Positions 13,715 through 26,090 are shown, numbered from the whole stretch's first letter. The stretch: DNA of 62,969 bases, filler included, from Parasitella parasitica NRRL 2501 (GCA_025201805.1; 10 parts of 10 records of this genome joined end to end with filler, not necessarily neighbours in it); one strand, 5' to 3'. Numbers and translations: made by a program. The notes: generated by a model from the sequence alone, not told the origin.

Positions 13715-14491
13715 ATGCTTCTCTCTCGCTTGGTTCCTCTTGCTTTGTTGGCCTTTTCCTCTGAAGTTTTGTGTGTATCCGTACACAATTGGTGGCAAGT
13801 CCCTGACAACTTTGGTGACATCAAGCAGCTTGTCTCTTCCATTCGCGTTCCTACCGGATCTGATCCAATTCACACTTATTGGGAAGCGAACGGTTTTGGC
13901 GGTGGGTATCTCGGGATGCAAAGAAACACCAACGAAGAAAGCCGCATCTTGTTTGCTATTTGGGACAATGACCAAGGTAGTCTGGTTGATCTGGTTGAAA
14001 AGGGAGAGAATGTCGTCGCTGAAGGCTTTGGTGGAGAAGGCACAGGCGCTCATGCCTATAAGGTCTACGACTGGAAGACCGAGCAAACTGTCTTTTTTAA
14101 GGTTACGGCTAATGTCGATGAAGCTAGAAACGGGTCCACTTTCTCTGGTTACTACAGTACCGACGGTGGTGAGACTTGGCAATTAGTTGCTACATTCTTT
14201 GCGGAAGAACAGCCCAAGTGGCTAACTGGTCCATACGGTTTCTTGGAAAACTTCGGCCCTGATCAGTCTGAGATAAGAGAAGGCTACTATGGAAACTTTA
14301 CTATGACAAACACGAAGGATGAAACTGTTCAAATAACTGATTTTAAATTTGATCACACTGACCCTTTGCATGAGAGCGATGTGTGGGAACAAAAGCAGGG
14401 ATTAGATCCTGCAAATGAAGTCTATATGAGAATTGATGGTCCTGCTTCTGAGGGAATTTACTCTCCTTCCAACACTCCAAACTATTATTAA
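13715..14491 (+). CDS. Secreted DUF3472/DUF5077-type protein, intronless
   Basis: Signal peptide [20 protein letters not shown]; motifs [48 protein letters not shown] match my recollection of the mainly bacterial DUF3472 family. Confidence 0.8.
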   Translation: MLLSRLVPLALLAFSSEVLCVSVHNWWQVPDNFGDIKQLVSSIRVPTGSDPIHTYWEANGFGGGYLGMQRNTNEESRILFAIWDNDQGSLVDLVEKGENVVAEGFGGEGTGAHAYKVYDWKTEQTVFFKVTANVDEARNGSTFSGYYSTDGGETWQLVATFFAEEQPKWLTGPYGFLENFGPDQSEIREGYYGNFTMTNTKDETVQITDFKFDHTDPLHESDVWEQKQGLDPANEVYMRIDGPASEGIYSPSNTPNYY

Positions 14492-14615
14492 TTTCCTGTA
14501 TACATGAAATAAAATTACATTAATTGTTTTTCCCTGGGATATGGGAAATGGATTTTATTTTAAAAGGCCAATATTAAGGTCAATGCGTTTTGACATTGCC
14601 ATGCTAGTTTAGAAG

Positions 14616-16049
14616 TTATAAAATGCTGCTTATCATAATGATGAATAATGATATAAATAAAGTATAGTGTTGATGGGTTGCTACATTGGTATTTGAAAGT
14701 GATAGAATAGGCATGTCGTAATTATTCTTTGCTTCCATGATGACAACTTGTCGGTAAAAGATGTCGTACAGTATATAAGTGCTACGTAAAACCGTCTGAC
14801 CTAGAATCCATCCAGTACCACTGGGCGTTAGAAACTCCTTGGGGGTGGGTGCAAGTCCAAAAATGCATGTGGTTGCTGTAAAGAGATCGTCTGTGTTCTG
14901 AGGCAGTACAAGTTCCCTGAGTGGCACACGAATGACTCCTGGTGAAGTAGAAGACGCATTGGGAGATTTCGTAAGTTGGAAATCAAACCACATTTTTTGC
15001 TTGGTGAAATCGCTGCAATTCACTTGATAAGCTCGGATTGGCCCTCCATCCGACTGAAGAGGAACGTAATCTTTGGTGATAGTCTCAAGTATTCTGACGA
15101 CATCTTTTTGTGGTAGATATGAGAGAGTGGTTCCGGAATCTAATATTGCGGGCGCCACATCGACAAAATCTGTTTCGCCGACTTTGCTGCTATTAGAGGC
15201 ATAGGCTGCCACAGTTTGCCCTGGCACTGTCCAGTACTTGTATATCTTATCGCCAGTGGTGTTTGTATATGTTTTGCCAATATTGGGCTGGCCCTGTTTA
15301 TTGTAGTCCACGATGTCACAGCCGAATATTGGGCGTGTGATATATTCCTCATGAAAACCGCCAAACGCTATTTTACCAGTTTCACCATGCTTGTCCTGTC
15401 TGTTGAAATAAATGGCGAACATTGCTTTTCCAATTGCCTTATTGAGAGACAGTTGCTCTACAAATGTAGGCTCGGTAGAATCACCTGAAATCCCTGGTAT
15501 ACCAAGACCCAAGACACCACTGACTCTTGTGCTAGAAGACAAGGCAGACTGGTACGACGTTGCGTTGGCAAGCCCAATAATATGATTTGCTGATGTTAGA
15601 TTGCCGAAAGAAATGGTGTCATACGCTAAAAGTCCTTTTGCTGATCCATTGCCGTATGGAATGTCAAATGTATTATTAGTCTGCTTCAATGTGGATGATT
15701 CCTTCTCTGCGAATCGAGAATACAAGCAATCCAGCGGGGAACATTGAGAGGAGGAGACCCATAAGCCAGGGCTATAAAGAGGTTAGCTTCTAAGGTCGAT
15801 AGAAAAGGATATAGATGCACATATTTACCTTGCAGTGTCCAGCGTAAAATTGAACTTTTGAACAGGTGTGCCCAATCCAATTTCAACAATGTATTCCCTG
15901 GCATCGGTGTTGTACAATGGGATATCTTCTGCTCTTTTGGTTAGATGGGCTGTAGGATGTTTGAAGATGGGCAGCTTTATCTGGCCATCTTCGAGTGCGT
16001 TTGCAGCCACTACAGCCAGCAATACCAACGGACACACAAAGCGTTTCAT
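14616..16049 (-). CDS. Secreted pepsin-family (A1) aspartic protease, probable GPI/membrane anchor (2 exons)
   Basis: Signal peptide, KR pro-site, YIVEIGLGTPVQKFNFTLDTA|SPGLWV, flap IPYGNGS, GVLGLG, second motif ILDSGTTLSYLP, WILGQTVLRSTYILYD, hydrophobic C-terminus. Confidence 0.9.
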
Positions 16050-16279
16050 ATTGATGGAAAGGAAATGAAGGCGAGAGAAACGAAACGATGGTATATATTG
16101 CTTTATATACCCCTCTCCTTCAATTTTTTTTTTTTGTTATTTCATTGTTCTGCTGTTTATATGCTGATAAGGGAATCTTGCATATGGCCTTGTATCAAGT
16201 CCTGCATGTTATATACGAGATTTAATCAATCAAAACACATCCGATTGGGAGCTTCCTTCTTTATTCAACAATGTAAAGG

Positions 16280-19131
16280 CTATTGAGGGGATAAAATCAG
16301 TGCCAACTCGTCGGGACCTATGGAGACTGGTGAAGAGCACCTAGTATATATACTCGACAGCACTTCCTGAAGCATAGTGGTCGCCCATCTAGATATAACA
16401 AATATGTATCAACACCTGTTAAATATAAATTGCGAGCATCATCCTACTTTTCGTCGCCCACAAAGGGCCAAATAATACGTTTCACAAACTCTACATCTAC
16501 TTGAAGCTGCTGACAATGCAGAGTACTCATCTGTATTTCACGCGCAACTTCCAGAAAAGCCTTGAGCATGATTAGGATCAAGCCTGTGCATACGCCAGCA
16601 GGTGAGGGATCTACATTGCGATATATGTCGACCCTTTCGGCAAAAAGTTTATCGATATTGTTCATCATGTTAAGTGTTATATCGTTTCCTCCTAGTTTTG
16701 TTGTGTTAGTGGGTGTTTCTGAGATCGATGAAGCAGTTGCTAAGCTGTGGGTCGATGGCACCATGTGACGAGAATAAGGGCCGCCGTAGTCGTACTCTGA
16801 TTCTGCAGTGTTGGTCTCAATGGAACCACGGGGGGAACGAGGGGGCTGTTCCTGAAGATACAAGGCCTCTACAAGGCGCTCCGTGTATTTGAGTCTGTTG
16901 AAGCAGAAGTGCCAGATTTCGGACACTTGTTCTACCGAGCCTGAGGTTGATCTGTAATACAAATAAGCTTCTTGAATTCTGCTAGATATGCGGTATCCTT
17001 CCTGCATCATTTGCTTGTTGAACAGGGCCTGTCCTGTTTCCAGGTAGATTTCAATCATTTCATTCATGTCAGGAATAACTCGGGGATCGATGCTTGCGTC
17101 CATGTCCGGAGATCGGTAGCTGGTCCTTTCTTGATCTTCTTGCTTTTTGCAGAACTTAGATGAGAATGCGGAATATGTCTGAAATATACCATTATCTGCT
17201 AAATCATAGCAAAGGCGTGAGCCTACCAGGATAATTATTTGCAGCGAACGTTGGTCCAGTTTAGAAGTTTTATGAAGATTCTGTCGTATGGAGTCGTGTT
17301 TCAGCTGTAGTAGTACTAATGTTTGCTTGACAACATACCTTAAATCTAAGAGCCAATTTTTGCCATACACCCTTGATACTGTATTGTATGCGAGCCAGTG
17401 TCTCTTGATTGCTGATATCAAGGCAGTCTTTTAGTGGTATTAAACATGATGTTATCAAATGGTGAATAAGCCATGTTTGGGTATCTTGAATAAATCCAGC
17501 AATTCCGTCTGTATCAAAGTCCTGACTTTCGGATGTTTTCTGTAGCGATGTGATGAACGCATCAATTCTCTTCCTTAGACCGGCTAATGCAGAATCCAAT
17601 GAGCCTTTTATGAGGTCATTTTCCCAGTTGGAGCTTAGTGATTGGAGGCGATCATCTATTTTAGCAACCAAAGATAATGATGGTGTCTGGCTTAATATGG
17701 ATGATTTCAGCTCTGCCAGGTGTTCAGCTTGTTGCAATGGTGTAGCTAATGATATATTCAGCTATAATACACGTGTTGGTACCAAAAAAAAAAAAAAATC
17801 GGATTATAGATCATCTTAACGTACTGGTAATTCAATGAATTCGAATGCCAGGTCAAAGAATTGGTCAAGGTGTGGGTTGATTGCCTCTAGTAAATCAGCC
17901 TTTGCTTGGTCTTTATCCTACATCATAAAAGTTGGTTAATGATTCAGCTCGTAGCAAACTACAACCATTACTAAATTACGTGGTTACTGAGATTTTCAAT
18001 TGTAATACCATCTGCATTTTCATCGTCTCCATTGCTGCTGTTCGCATCTCTCAAAAATAAACTTTCAAAGTGGCGAACAATGTCTTCCAAAGGCATCACA
18101 AATGTCACCACTAAATCTTGAATCGACACAGGACTTTTATTTTCTGCCTGCTTCTTTTGCAGCACGTCCATCTGAACGTCTATATAGTGTTTCCACAGTG
18201 TATGCGCATCTTCGCCCAACAGAACCAACAACTTTGTTTCCTCTGCAATGTTTTGAAGAGTGACGCTAGGGTCCGTCATGCTGGTCCAAATTTCGGCCTT
18301 TACCTTCTCCATGATAGCATTGCAGTCTCTTTCGATGCCCTTAAATGCAGCCATGTGTTGGTAATGATTGAGCAGTTTGGACGCCTTTGAAAAGTACTTG
18401 ACAGCCTGTCCATATTTACCCTTGACAAGGCAGTGCTGTAGTCTGTTGGGCAGTTCAAATATGAATTGGAGCCTTTTAAGCGAATTATGCACGTTGGACA
18501 GCTGCTGGATTTTTTGGCGGTTGGGGCCTAGTTCTTTGTTGATGATTTTGCTTTGTCTGGAGATGTTGGCAATATTTTCGTTCAGTCTGCTCATTTCGGA
18601 TTCCATGCTCTCTACATTCGATTTCATCTAGTATAACGGATTAAAATAAAAAGCATTGACAGAAATCTCTATTTTGATTTACTTTTCGTATAGTATCTGT
18701 AGCACTAATAAATTTGCTGTAGTTTTCATATACCAATGTCTTCATGTCTCCATCAATTTCTCGTATTTCTATCGAAGCATGTATTTAAGAAAACGAGACT
18801 TTTTGTGTGAGCCAAGCTGCAATTTACCTCCAATTAACTGGTTGTCTTTCTCGATCAGTCCTTGCAATGTCTTTTCTTTAAGCAGTGAGCCAAAATATTT
18901 GCTCGAATTGAACGTATTCCCGTCTAGTATTGAAAGCTTGCATCAGTTGCTCATGTTACATTGAGGCCCTATCAACATACCCAAGTCGAACGGTCTAGCA
19001 TTTTCTTCTGGTAAAACTGTGGATGGAGATGATGTGCTTTTGATACCATAATATTTTTTTAATAAACTGTTTCGTTCGCCAGGCTTTGCTGCTCGTTTCG
19101 TGGTAGACACTGGCGCGTTGTTGTCTGTCAT
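16280..19131 (-). CDS. VPS51: GARP/EARP complex subunit Vps51/Ang2, multi-exon
   Basis: N-terminal LLKKYYG..PFDL|[33 protein letters not shown]|[27 protein letters not shown]-terminal [24 protein letters not shown]; final exon ends at TAG 16280-16282. Confidence 0.9.
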
Positions 19132-19670
19132 ACGTTATATATTGTTTTATTAGGGAGAAAAGGTCTAAAGCAATCATGTTTGCCAAATAGGCTTTTTATA
19201 ACCCAGCGCGTAGACCATCCTACTTGGCATTGCTGTTGATGCATACTCTTCACGACATTTTCCATGTGAGTGAAATATGACCTCAAAGGCGGTATGTGAG
19301 CCGAGGCAGGATTTGGAGACAAGTGTAATATCAATTGCTTACAATTTAATCTTTGTCGATGCATTGCGAGTCCTATTTCCTTGACGTCCCCTCTAAAATT
19401 GGCTTTATGATGCCAGCATTTTCCTGGGAAATGCAACGCACGTAGATTTTCTGGCTATACAGATAAAATAGCAAATAAACTTTTCAATCAAGCTTACCAA
19501 CTTGGCTAGTTCATAAAATCTTTTCAATACAGGATGAAATACATTAACAACTTATACCGCTCAAGTTGTAATTTCATTGGCCTATATGTCTTGACTGGGG
19601 TAAATAGACAAAACATGAACTGTGCTGTTTTATAGCTTCCATCTTTTCTCTGTTAAATATATAAAAAAAA

Positions 19671-20730
19671 ATGCAATCGTTGAGAAAGCTTGCGTTCCAA
19701 CGTACATTGAACGGATCTTTATATATTAACAACCACAGAACTCGGTTTTTATCTTTGACTAGGCCATGTTGGGATGAAGATACAGCTAACACCAAGAATT
19801 CAATTCAACAATTTCGTAAATATCCATCCACACTATAAACCTTGCAGTCATCTAATTTTTGATGTATTAGCTTGGTTACTGAGCCAAGATCCGCCTCGTA
19901 TTCCAAAATACCCCTATGAACAAGCACCACACGATTGGAGCTTCCTCAATTTGCTTCCAATTTCATTACAACATGCACTGGGAAAATGGCTGGGAACTCG
20001 GGTTTTGCAATTGAACACTGGTCACAATAACTTTCCGGAGCAGTTTCTAGTAGGAGGTAAGTACAAGCACACAGTTGCTATTTATGCCTATGCATTAAAA
20101 TGTGTTTTAGCTGGTCTAGCTAGTCGACAAGCTGTCAGTCTGCTGACTGATCAAATCAACCACCAGGACAAAATGGAAGAATTACAGCACATTATGGGAC
20201 CCGATCTCTTGCACCGATATTTGGAAGCTGTGCCTGACAACACCAACATTTACATTGATATTCCTCAGATTTACGATGTGAATCTTGGCGATATTTGGAT
20301 TACATTGGGCAACTCAAATGCCTTTTCAGATGACCGTAACTATCAAGTCTTGCGATGGATGACAGTTCAACTTGGATTGCATAAATGCAAGGGAAAAAGC
20401 GAACTGGAAGAGCCGTTTAAGGAATACAGAGAGCGCATAGCCAAGAGCATTATGGAGGGTGTGCAAGTTGGTGTTGATGTATTACTGGATGCAGATGTTG
20501 CCTATAAAGTGATTGACAAAAAAAACAAGGACAACATGCTTCTTTACAATGAAGGCCGACGCACACTTCGAATGAGATTTGCTACCCCCTACTTTGAACC
20601 AGCAAGCAAGATGGTTTCTGGCAGGGATGAGGAAACTGGCGAACCTATTAATGATTGGAATTGGCGTCTGGTAGATATAGATCAATTATTAGAGAAGGAA
20701 TCTATGGATGCCGCTAATTTAGATGAATAA
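19671..20730 (+). CDS. Hypothetical, probably mitochondrial protein (possible MAIP1/Tim44-like C-terminal domain), 3 exons
   Basis: Arg-rich presequence-like start MQSLRKLAFQRTLN..RFLSLTR; introns ~19816-19870 and 20057-20110; F.EQFL.GA..A..AV and C-terminal W.LVDID pattern reminiscent of MAIP1/Tim44-like proteins (weak). Confidence 0.7.
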
Positions 20731-20828
20731 ATGTATTTTGTCTATTTGAAATTATAACGTTTATTTCATATTGTAACGAGAGGAAAAGGGTAATAGTAGT
20801 ACATTTAATGGTTTGTATGTTACACATT

Positions 20829-21533
20829 TTAGGCCTGGACACAGTAAGCTCTGCCGTCGTCGAGGTTATCACACTCGTGCTTACCAGGACCGTGGAGACC
20901 AGCGTTCCAGCTGTAGAGAGATGCGATGTTGATGCCGTTTCTCTTGGAGAAATCGCCACACCAACTATCGTTCTTTGTTACGGTAGAGTACTTGGTACAC
21001 GTAGAGACAATGTGTCTAACAGCGTTAGAAGGCGCATTGGCTGGAGTAGAGCTCCAGTCATCTCCAGGCTTGGATTGAGACTTCTTGGTGGTGGTAGGCT
21101 TCTTGGTAGTCTTCTTGGGAGTCTTTTTGGTAGACTTCTTGGAAGTCTTCTTGCTGCTCTTCTTGGCCTTTGCAGAAACAATCTTTTTCTTGGCAAGTTC
21201 TAACTTTTGACCACTGAGACCTTTGGTCTTGTAGAACCAGCTTCGCTTGCGGTATCTGTTGTTGGGCTGAACGCAGTAGCTTTGGCCAGATGTCAAAGCG
21301 GAGCAATCACTGACCTCAAGGGCGTTCCATTTGAGGATATTTTGAGCAGAGACATTTTGCTCTTGGCTGGCAAGAGATTTACAAGTATCACCAGCTTTGG
21401 CTGAAATACTTGTTAATTGATGATATTTCCACAAATTTTTTTTCTACTTACCAACAGATTCCTTGGCACAATCGGGAAGAGCAGCTGAGACAGAGGCGAT
21501 GGCGACAGCGAGAGTAACAAGGGTGAACTTCAT
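20829..21533 (-). CDS. Secreted protein with two Cys-containing fungal LysM domains and Lys-rich linker (2 exons)
   Basis: Signal peptide MKFTLVTLAVAIASVSA; LysM1 AKAGDTCKSLA..ILKWNA..CSALTSGQSYCV; LysM2 CTKYSTV..WCGDFS..LYSWNAGL..CDNLDDGRAYCV. Confidence 0.9.
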
Positions 21534-21560
21534 TTTTAAGTGAAAGGAATGGGGTTTCTA

Positions 21561-21605
21561 TTGGGTTGAGTTGGGTTGGGTTGGGTTGGGTTGAGTTGAG
21601 TTGAG
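21561..21605. repeat. (TTGGG/TTGAG)x9 pentanucleotide microsatellite
   Basis: ttgggttgagttgggttgggttgggttgggttgagttgagttgag directly upstream of the LysM ATG. Confidence 0.9.
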
Positions 21606-22650
21606 GGAAAGAGAGTGAGTATAAAGAAGCTAAAAATTAGTCGAATGTAGGCAGTTTATATACGAAATTCAACACTTGCCCTACAACAATTAATCCTTGT
21701 GCACTAGCTTCTTTGTTACAAGCTGCGTATTGTTACACGTCAAATAATTTAGTTGTCCACGCTTTGATTTCCTAATTCATCTGTTGGACATATAAAAAAT
21801 AGTAGCCTTTATTTAGCTTGCATATTAATATTTTATTAAATTTGATTTTCATTTATAGTTTGACGAGTTACATTTGTATTTCGAAAAAGGAAAAAAATAG
21901 CGTGTATTATTTGTACAAGATGATTATCGCTTATCCATTTAGTAGTTTATTAAATTGCAACAGTATATGAGAAAAGAGATGATGAGTATAGAATCTGTTT
22001 TTCTAGTAAACCCAAAAAAAAGGAACCATAAATGTGAATCCAACACATGCAAATCACATCATAGTGCATTTTGTATTTCACCTAAATTAGCGCAGGTTGT
22101 AATAATCAATATGTTGTCAAATTGGTTCAGGAGTAGAAATCAAGTTTATTTTTTAGTTTGACATGGATAATCAACCACATGCTGATATATGAGCACAAAC
22201 ATATAACCTGATTTTAATTCTGCTTCTGTAAGAATTATTCTTGTTTTCTTGTCTGTCGCACTAAATAAAACGGCTCCCTCTTTCGTATATCTGTGTATTA
22301 TTATTGATCAATGCCCTTTTTCCGTACCAGTATATATTCAAGCGATAAGTTGCATCGCAACAGCTATTAAATGTCAGCTACATCTTGATAGTATAATTTG
22401 TATGCTATCGATTACCATATACACTTGGCTACTACAGTATACATACCAGGATTTCCAATGTGAAAATAAATCGCTTGATTAGAGTGAGTTCTTTTTATTC
22501 GAATTGGAAAAGAAAGAACTCACTTACAACACTATTTGTATAACACATAACATAATGTGTACTACTAAAATTTGATTTGAAAGCAGTTTTTGCACGTTTT
22601 CTGTGTTGTGAAATCAAAATCTACTGATCAATAGCATTTATTTCATGGAG

Positions 22651-23317
22651 CTAATAATATCTAGCGATGCAAAACTGGGCTGTGTAATATGTAAACATAA
22701 CTATATATTCGCATCTTCTGTCGGGTGCATGATACAAGAATTTATCCAGGGCAAGTGTGGCATCTGAAATAAAAAACAGCAATACACCAACTGAAAGTTT
22801 TGTGTTATTATTCATAAAGCCATAGTAAACCATGAGTGTAATCACAACAATATATACTGCCACTGCTACAGTCATCACAATGCCGCCTTCTTGGAAAATA
22901 CTCTTGTATAAAAATGAAAAGTAAACTAAGGCGGTTGAGAATAATCCAAGTAAAAAACTGGCCTGATCTCGCTTTTTGGTCTCGTAAAACGTGTAAATGT
23001 AAAAGATATGTGCAATCAAGAAGCACGCCAAGCCTAGAATAAACTTATCCTCACCATCAAACATGAGGAAAATATCGCCCAATAATGAGAAGATTAATCC
23101 TGCCACATTTACAATACTGTTAAATTATTGTAGTATACTTTCATGCATAAGATATACCTGCTAATTTGGCATTATTTTGCGCATTGTTCGATTGTAAGTC
23201 AACTCCAATGATAAGTAATGTTGTTATAGGTTTTAATATATATTTTGCATACACACTGTTCGTATAAATAAAATAAAAATATAAAACAGACGATAATTTT
23301 GCAAACTTGGTAAACAT
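22651..23317 (-). CDS. YhhN/TMEM86 family (lysoplasmalogenase-like) membrane protein (2 exons)
   Basis: ILKPITTLL, GLIFSLLGDIFL, GLACFLIAHIFYI, GVLLFFISDATLALDKF, MFTYYTAQ are YhhN hallmark motifs. Confidence 0.9.
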
Positions 23318-23850
23318 TCTTCTTTTTCGACAATAATCTATGATGGACCTGTTGAACCTGATAAATATTTGAAGACCATGGAATACCGTACCGGTATCAG
23401 AATGGGTGCACAATGTGACCGCATGCGCTCACTAATGACTAAGTCTAAACATGTCGAAATTAGAATACAAAACGGCCATATCAAACCTCAATTAATGCAC
23501 GCAACTCCTGAGCAAATGCACTTGATTACAATAGTTGAAGCACCGTAGGAGCATCAATGTTTGATGCCACATCAAAGCTTAATATAATTTCGTAATTAAA
23601 TGCTATAAAATATTTAATTGGTAACAGTATGCCATTCCGTTGTTGAATTGGAGGTTTACACGATAGGACTAACAGAAGCGTCGAACTATTTTCGTTCATT
23701 TGACACTCATGTAAATCACAGTTATTTTCTAATATAAATAGCAAAGTAATTGTCAAACGAATAAAAATTATCTTTCAATTGATATGACAGAGGGATATCT
23801 CAGTATGGAAACAGCTACGAACACTGCTTTTTGATTTTAGTAAAAAATAT

Positions 23851-23932
23851 CGTCACCTGCAGGGTTTGAACCTGCGCGTGCAGAGCACATGAGATTTCAA
23901 GTCTCACTCCTTAACCACTCGGACAAAGTGAC
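23851..23932 (-). tRNA. tRNA-Ser (anticodon UGA)
   Basis: Reverse complement GTCACTTTGTCCGAGTGGTTAAGGAGTGAGACTTGAAATCTCATGTGCTCTGCACGCGCAGGTTCAAACCCTGCAGGTGACG: acceptor stem GTCAC/GTGAC, A and B boxes, CT-TGA-AA loop, long variable arm, discriminator G. Confidence 0.95.
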
Positions 23933-24169
23933 CCATATTCACTTTCGAAAAAATAAACCTATAAATTTCATACGAAAATAAGCTTTTATTTTTTGTTTCC
24001 TTAGTTATGCTAAACGATTAGATAATTAGTAAACTAATTCATAGTCCGAGAGCTTAAAAAGCAAAAATCATTGCTTAAATAAAAATTTATAGAGTTACGG
24101 GACACGGGATACGAACGCATATGTAGTAAATGTTGCTATAAAAATTCAAAAAAAGTGATGTGTCAATTT

Positions 24170-24459
24170 TGTTGTGCCAGAAAGGCATGAGATTAAGCAA
24201 TTATTAGATTGGTAATTCTTTGTATACAATGACAAGGAATAAGCTATTAATGTATAATAGAACTTGAAATAAACTTGGTATTACATACCAAGTTCAATGT
24301 TTAACCATGATGACAAATAGTCTTACAATAAATATAATTTAGTATAAAAAGATGGCATTTTCTTATCAATAAAGTCATTAGTTTTTGTGTCTGATTTTAT
24401 TTTTATAAAGTTATACATTTTTTGAGCAGATCATATTTATATATCCTCTGCGCATAACA
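24170..24459 (+). mobile_element. Solo LTR family A (290 bp), TSD AATTT
   Basis: TGTTGTGC...GCATAACA termini, AATTT at 24165-24169 and 24460-24464; near-identical to 40727-41019; TATA-like and AATAAA near 3' end. Confidence 0.88.
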
Positions 24460-24467
24460 AATTTCCC

Positions 24468-25120
24468 TGATGTGAACTACTGGCAGTCTTTCACACATCT
24501 TATTTGAATTAGTAAGACATCATCATTTCTTTATTAAGAACCGTGTCCTTGAGAACAACATTGAACATGACAAATATCATCATTAACATTCAACATATAA
24601 AGACAGTTGTACACCTTTGTACTCCATATAAACCACAATTGTCACTGCTTTCCCATGAAGTCTAAATTGGAGACAATCCAGTTACTGCTGTTGGATCAAA
24701 AAAAGATAAAATAAAACCAAAGGTTAACGAGATACGAAAACTAAAGATACTTTTTTTAAGGTCAAAATTGCATCTGCTAATTATAGTTTTAACAACTACA
24801 TAATTTTATGGTGACTTATTTTGATTACTAATTGACAAGACTAATTCACAGTGACAATCTACTTGACAGGGTACGATATGAGGTTATACAGCAAAGGCTA
24901 CATGTCTTTGATCTGACAGAGCCTTAACCTTTATCTTGGTGCTCAGATCTGTGTTACTTACACGAATAACCTTCTTATTAATTTGAAACAGAGACTTTAT
25001 TCTCCAATTTACATAAGCGTATCACATCACATCATTGGACAATCTTCAATCTTCAATTGAAGTATAATATTGCCATGATCTCCTGTCTATAATTATGGCA
25101 GATCAACTGCATTAGTAACA
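24468..25120 (-). mobile_element. LTR-derived fragment (family D module), split by a nested solo LTR
   Basis: 24468-24688 + 25111-25120 match the reverse complement of 53755-53979 and resemble ~58190-58415; the sequence ..CCAGTTACTGC|ATTAGTAACA is restored when the insert is removed. Confidence 0.75.
24689..25105 (-). mobile_element. Solo LTR family B (417 bp), TSD ACTGC, nested in family D fragment
   Basis: TG...CA termini, ACTGC at 24684-24688 and 25106-25110; homologous to 48615-49046 (inverted) and 55947-56062. Confidence 0.85.
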
Positions 25121-25443
25121 ATATCACAAATTTATATATCAGAATTGCATATAATCGATGATAGGCTTCGATGAAAAACAGAATAAACACTGTCTTATGT
25201 GCCATAAGAACAGGCATGATCATCGCTATCTGAGCATAACTTGCTTTCCATTGGGAGATGTCTCTATCAAAAGTTATCTGCAAAAACGCTTTCATTTTTC
25301 AATATTTATCATAAATATCAGATATTTGCTCGTAAATTGTGCTAAAATCATCGTAGAAGCATGACCTAACTTGGAAAACTTAGCGTTGACTCACCCCTAT
25401 CTGAAAACAACATTGGATTTTATGTTTTTATTGATATCTATAA

Positions 25444-25543
25444 NNNNNNNNNNNNNNNNNNNNNNNNNNNNNNNNNNNNNNNNNNNNTTAATTAATTAAN
25501 NNNNNNNNNNNNNNNNNNNNNNNNNNNNNNNNNNNNNNNNNNN
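25444..25543. other. Assembly gap with artificial TTAATTAATTAA spacer (same cassette at ~40083, 42519, 44443, 46036, 47408, 56063, 57419, 60418)
   Basis: Identical 100-bp N-spacer-N cassette with stops in all six frames. Confidence 0.97.
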
Positions 25544-26090
25544 TTTTTTGAAATAGTGTCGATATAACTCACCAGCAATTGTTTTAATGATTGGGATAGT
25601 TTGATGCATCGATATTGGGAACAGACGATACTGGAAATAGTGGAGGAGGAAACGGATACTTATCAACGTATGTTGGAGGTGGAGATCAATATGAACAGAC
25701 CCATGGTACATACCTATTGCACATATCTAGAGTTTAATAAAAACACCTAAAATTTTGTAACCAGATACAGATCATGGAGAAAGAAAGCACAAAAAGAAGG
25801 TAAACATCCAAAAGCAGATTAAATTTTATGTGTAAGTATCCCTTAATTAACTATGTGGCAGAAAAAGAAGAGAAGGCACGGACATGAGCATGATGGCGAG
25901 GATGGGCATGAGCACAAGAAGAAGAAAAAAAAGAAAAAGAACGTCGATATGGGTATAGTAGAAAGCTTCTAAATGGATGATGATGATAAAGTAATAATAC
26001 AAGAGATTTATTGGTTAAATGCGACGATTTAATAAATGTACGAAGAAAGCAAATGTCTATTTTTGAGTCTATTATGTGCGACTTCATGCC

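Noticed and set aside
13671-14186. Long alternative-frame and antisense ORFs over the DUF3472 gene (likewise over LysM, RBM26, PEX13, HSH49)
   Set aside because: Shadow ORFs produced by codon bias of the real genes; no motifs or independent signals.
21561-21605. TTGGG repeats as telomere or interstitial telomere
   Set aside because: Only nine mixed 5-mers inside a gene leader, internal to a gene-dense region.
24170-25128. Single 959-bp LTR ending at ATATCACA|AATTT
   Set aside because: The copy at 40727-41019 with its own TSD shows the unit is ~290 bp; the rest resolves into separate nested elements.
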